Of a stretch of 64,000 nt of DNA, positions 63,684 through 64,000 are shown one piece after another; the stretch's first letter is position 1; each line of letters opens with the position of its first letter. The stretch is taken from contig NC_092672.1 of assembly GCF_964355755.1 (NCBI RefSeq), positions 38,756,437 through 38,820,436 on the forward strand, written 5' to 3'. The notes beneath the pieces are model-generated. The model worked only from the letters and a program-made list of their open reading frames with translations, was not told where the DNA came from and searched no databases. Source of the DNA: Antedon mediterranea (taxonomy: Eukaryota; Animalia; Echinodermata). The position numbers and the translations under genes are program-made.

Positions 63684-64000
63684 AAGCAGATATAAAATGA
63701 TGCATGCTCAGTTATCAAATGACTAGGCCTACACTGATCATATTTGATATTGGTATATAGACAATTAATATTAATTATTGTTGAGGTAGTTCAAACTATG
63801 ATTACACTGATCATATCCAAAATTGTGATATAGAATATTATTAATAGTTATGGAAAAGATAGATATTAAAAAACTAAACAGATCATATCCAACAGTTTGA
63901 TATAGATTATTAATATTAATTAATGATGATGCAGATATTAAAAGATTTTTGCTCAGTTATCAATTTATGACTACACTGATCATATCCAACTATGTGATAT
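63684..64000 (-). repeat. Diverged satellite 1 copies in inverted orientation, running off the window
   Basis: GCTCAGTTATCAA and ACTACACTGATCATATCC are reverse complements of satellite 1 motifs. Confidence 0.85.

Overview
AT-rich eukaryotic (animal, probably marine invertebrate/echinoderm-like; taxon is inference) genomic DNA with GT-AG spliced genes, not a prokaryotic locus. Gene order: last exon of a probable GGNBP2-like gene, two tandem 14-3-3 epsilon-like paralogs, SNAP29, a minus-strand C20orf85/CIMIP1-like ciliary gene divergent from a 20-coding-exon PITPNM/rdgB gene, EMG1/NEP1, and a gene with an intron-free ORF encoding ankyrin repeats plus two death domains, followed by about 8 kb of satellite DNA. 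Introns carry non-autonomous DNA transposons (Harbinger-, Tc1/mariner-, Kolobok- and hAT-like), tRNA-derived SINEs and many minisatellites. Most notable observations: (1) tandem repeats repeatedly seeded on exon ends, giving arrays of duplicated 5' splice donors (three in PITPNM, a weaker one in 14-3-3); (2) a Penelope-type minimal hammerhead ribozyme heading a 3.4 kb segment bounded by a 15 bp direct repeat, in which a 48 bp unit is amplified about 50-fold; (3) a DEVD/A caspase site separating ankyrin repeats from tandem death domains; (4) a self-nested inverted element upstream of that gene; (5) a palindromic telomeric insertion in a direct duplication; (6) oppositely oriented satellite arms bracketing a second satellite. 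All calls are by eye from the sequence; no database searches were run, and copy numbers are approximate.
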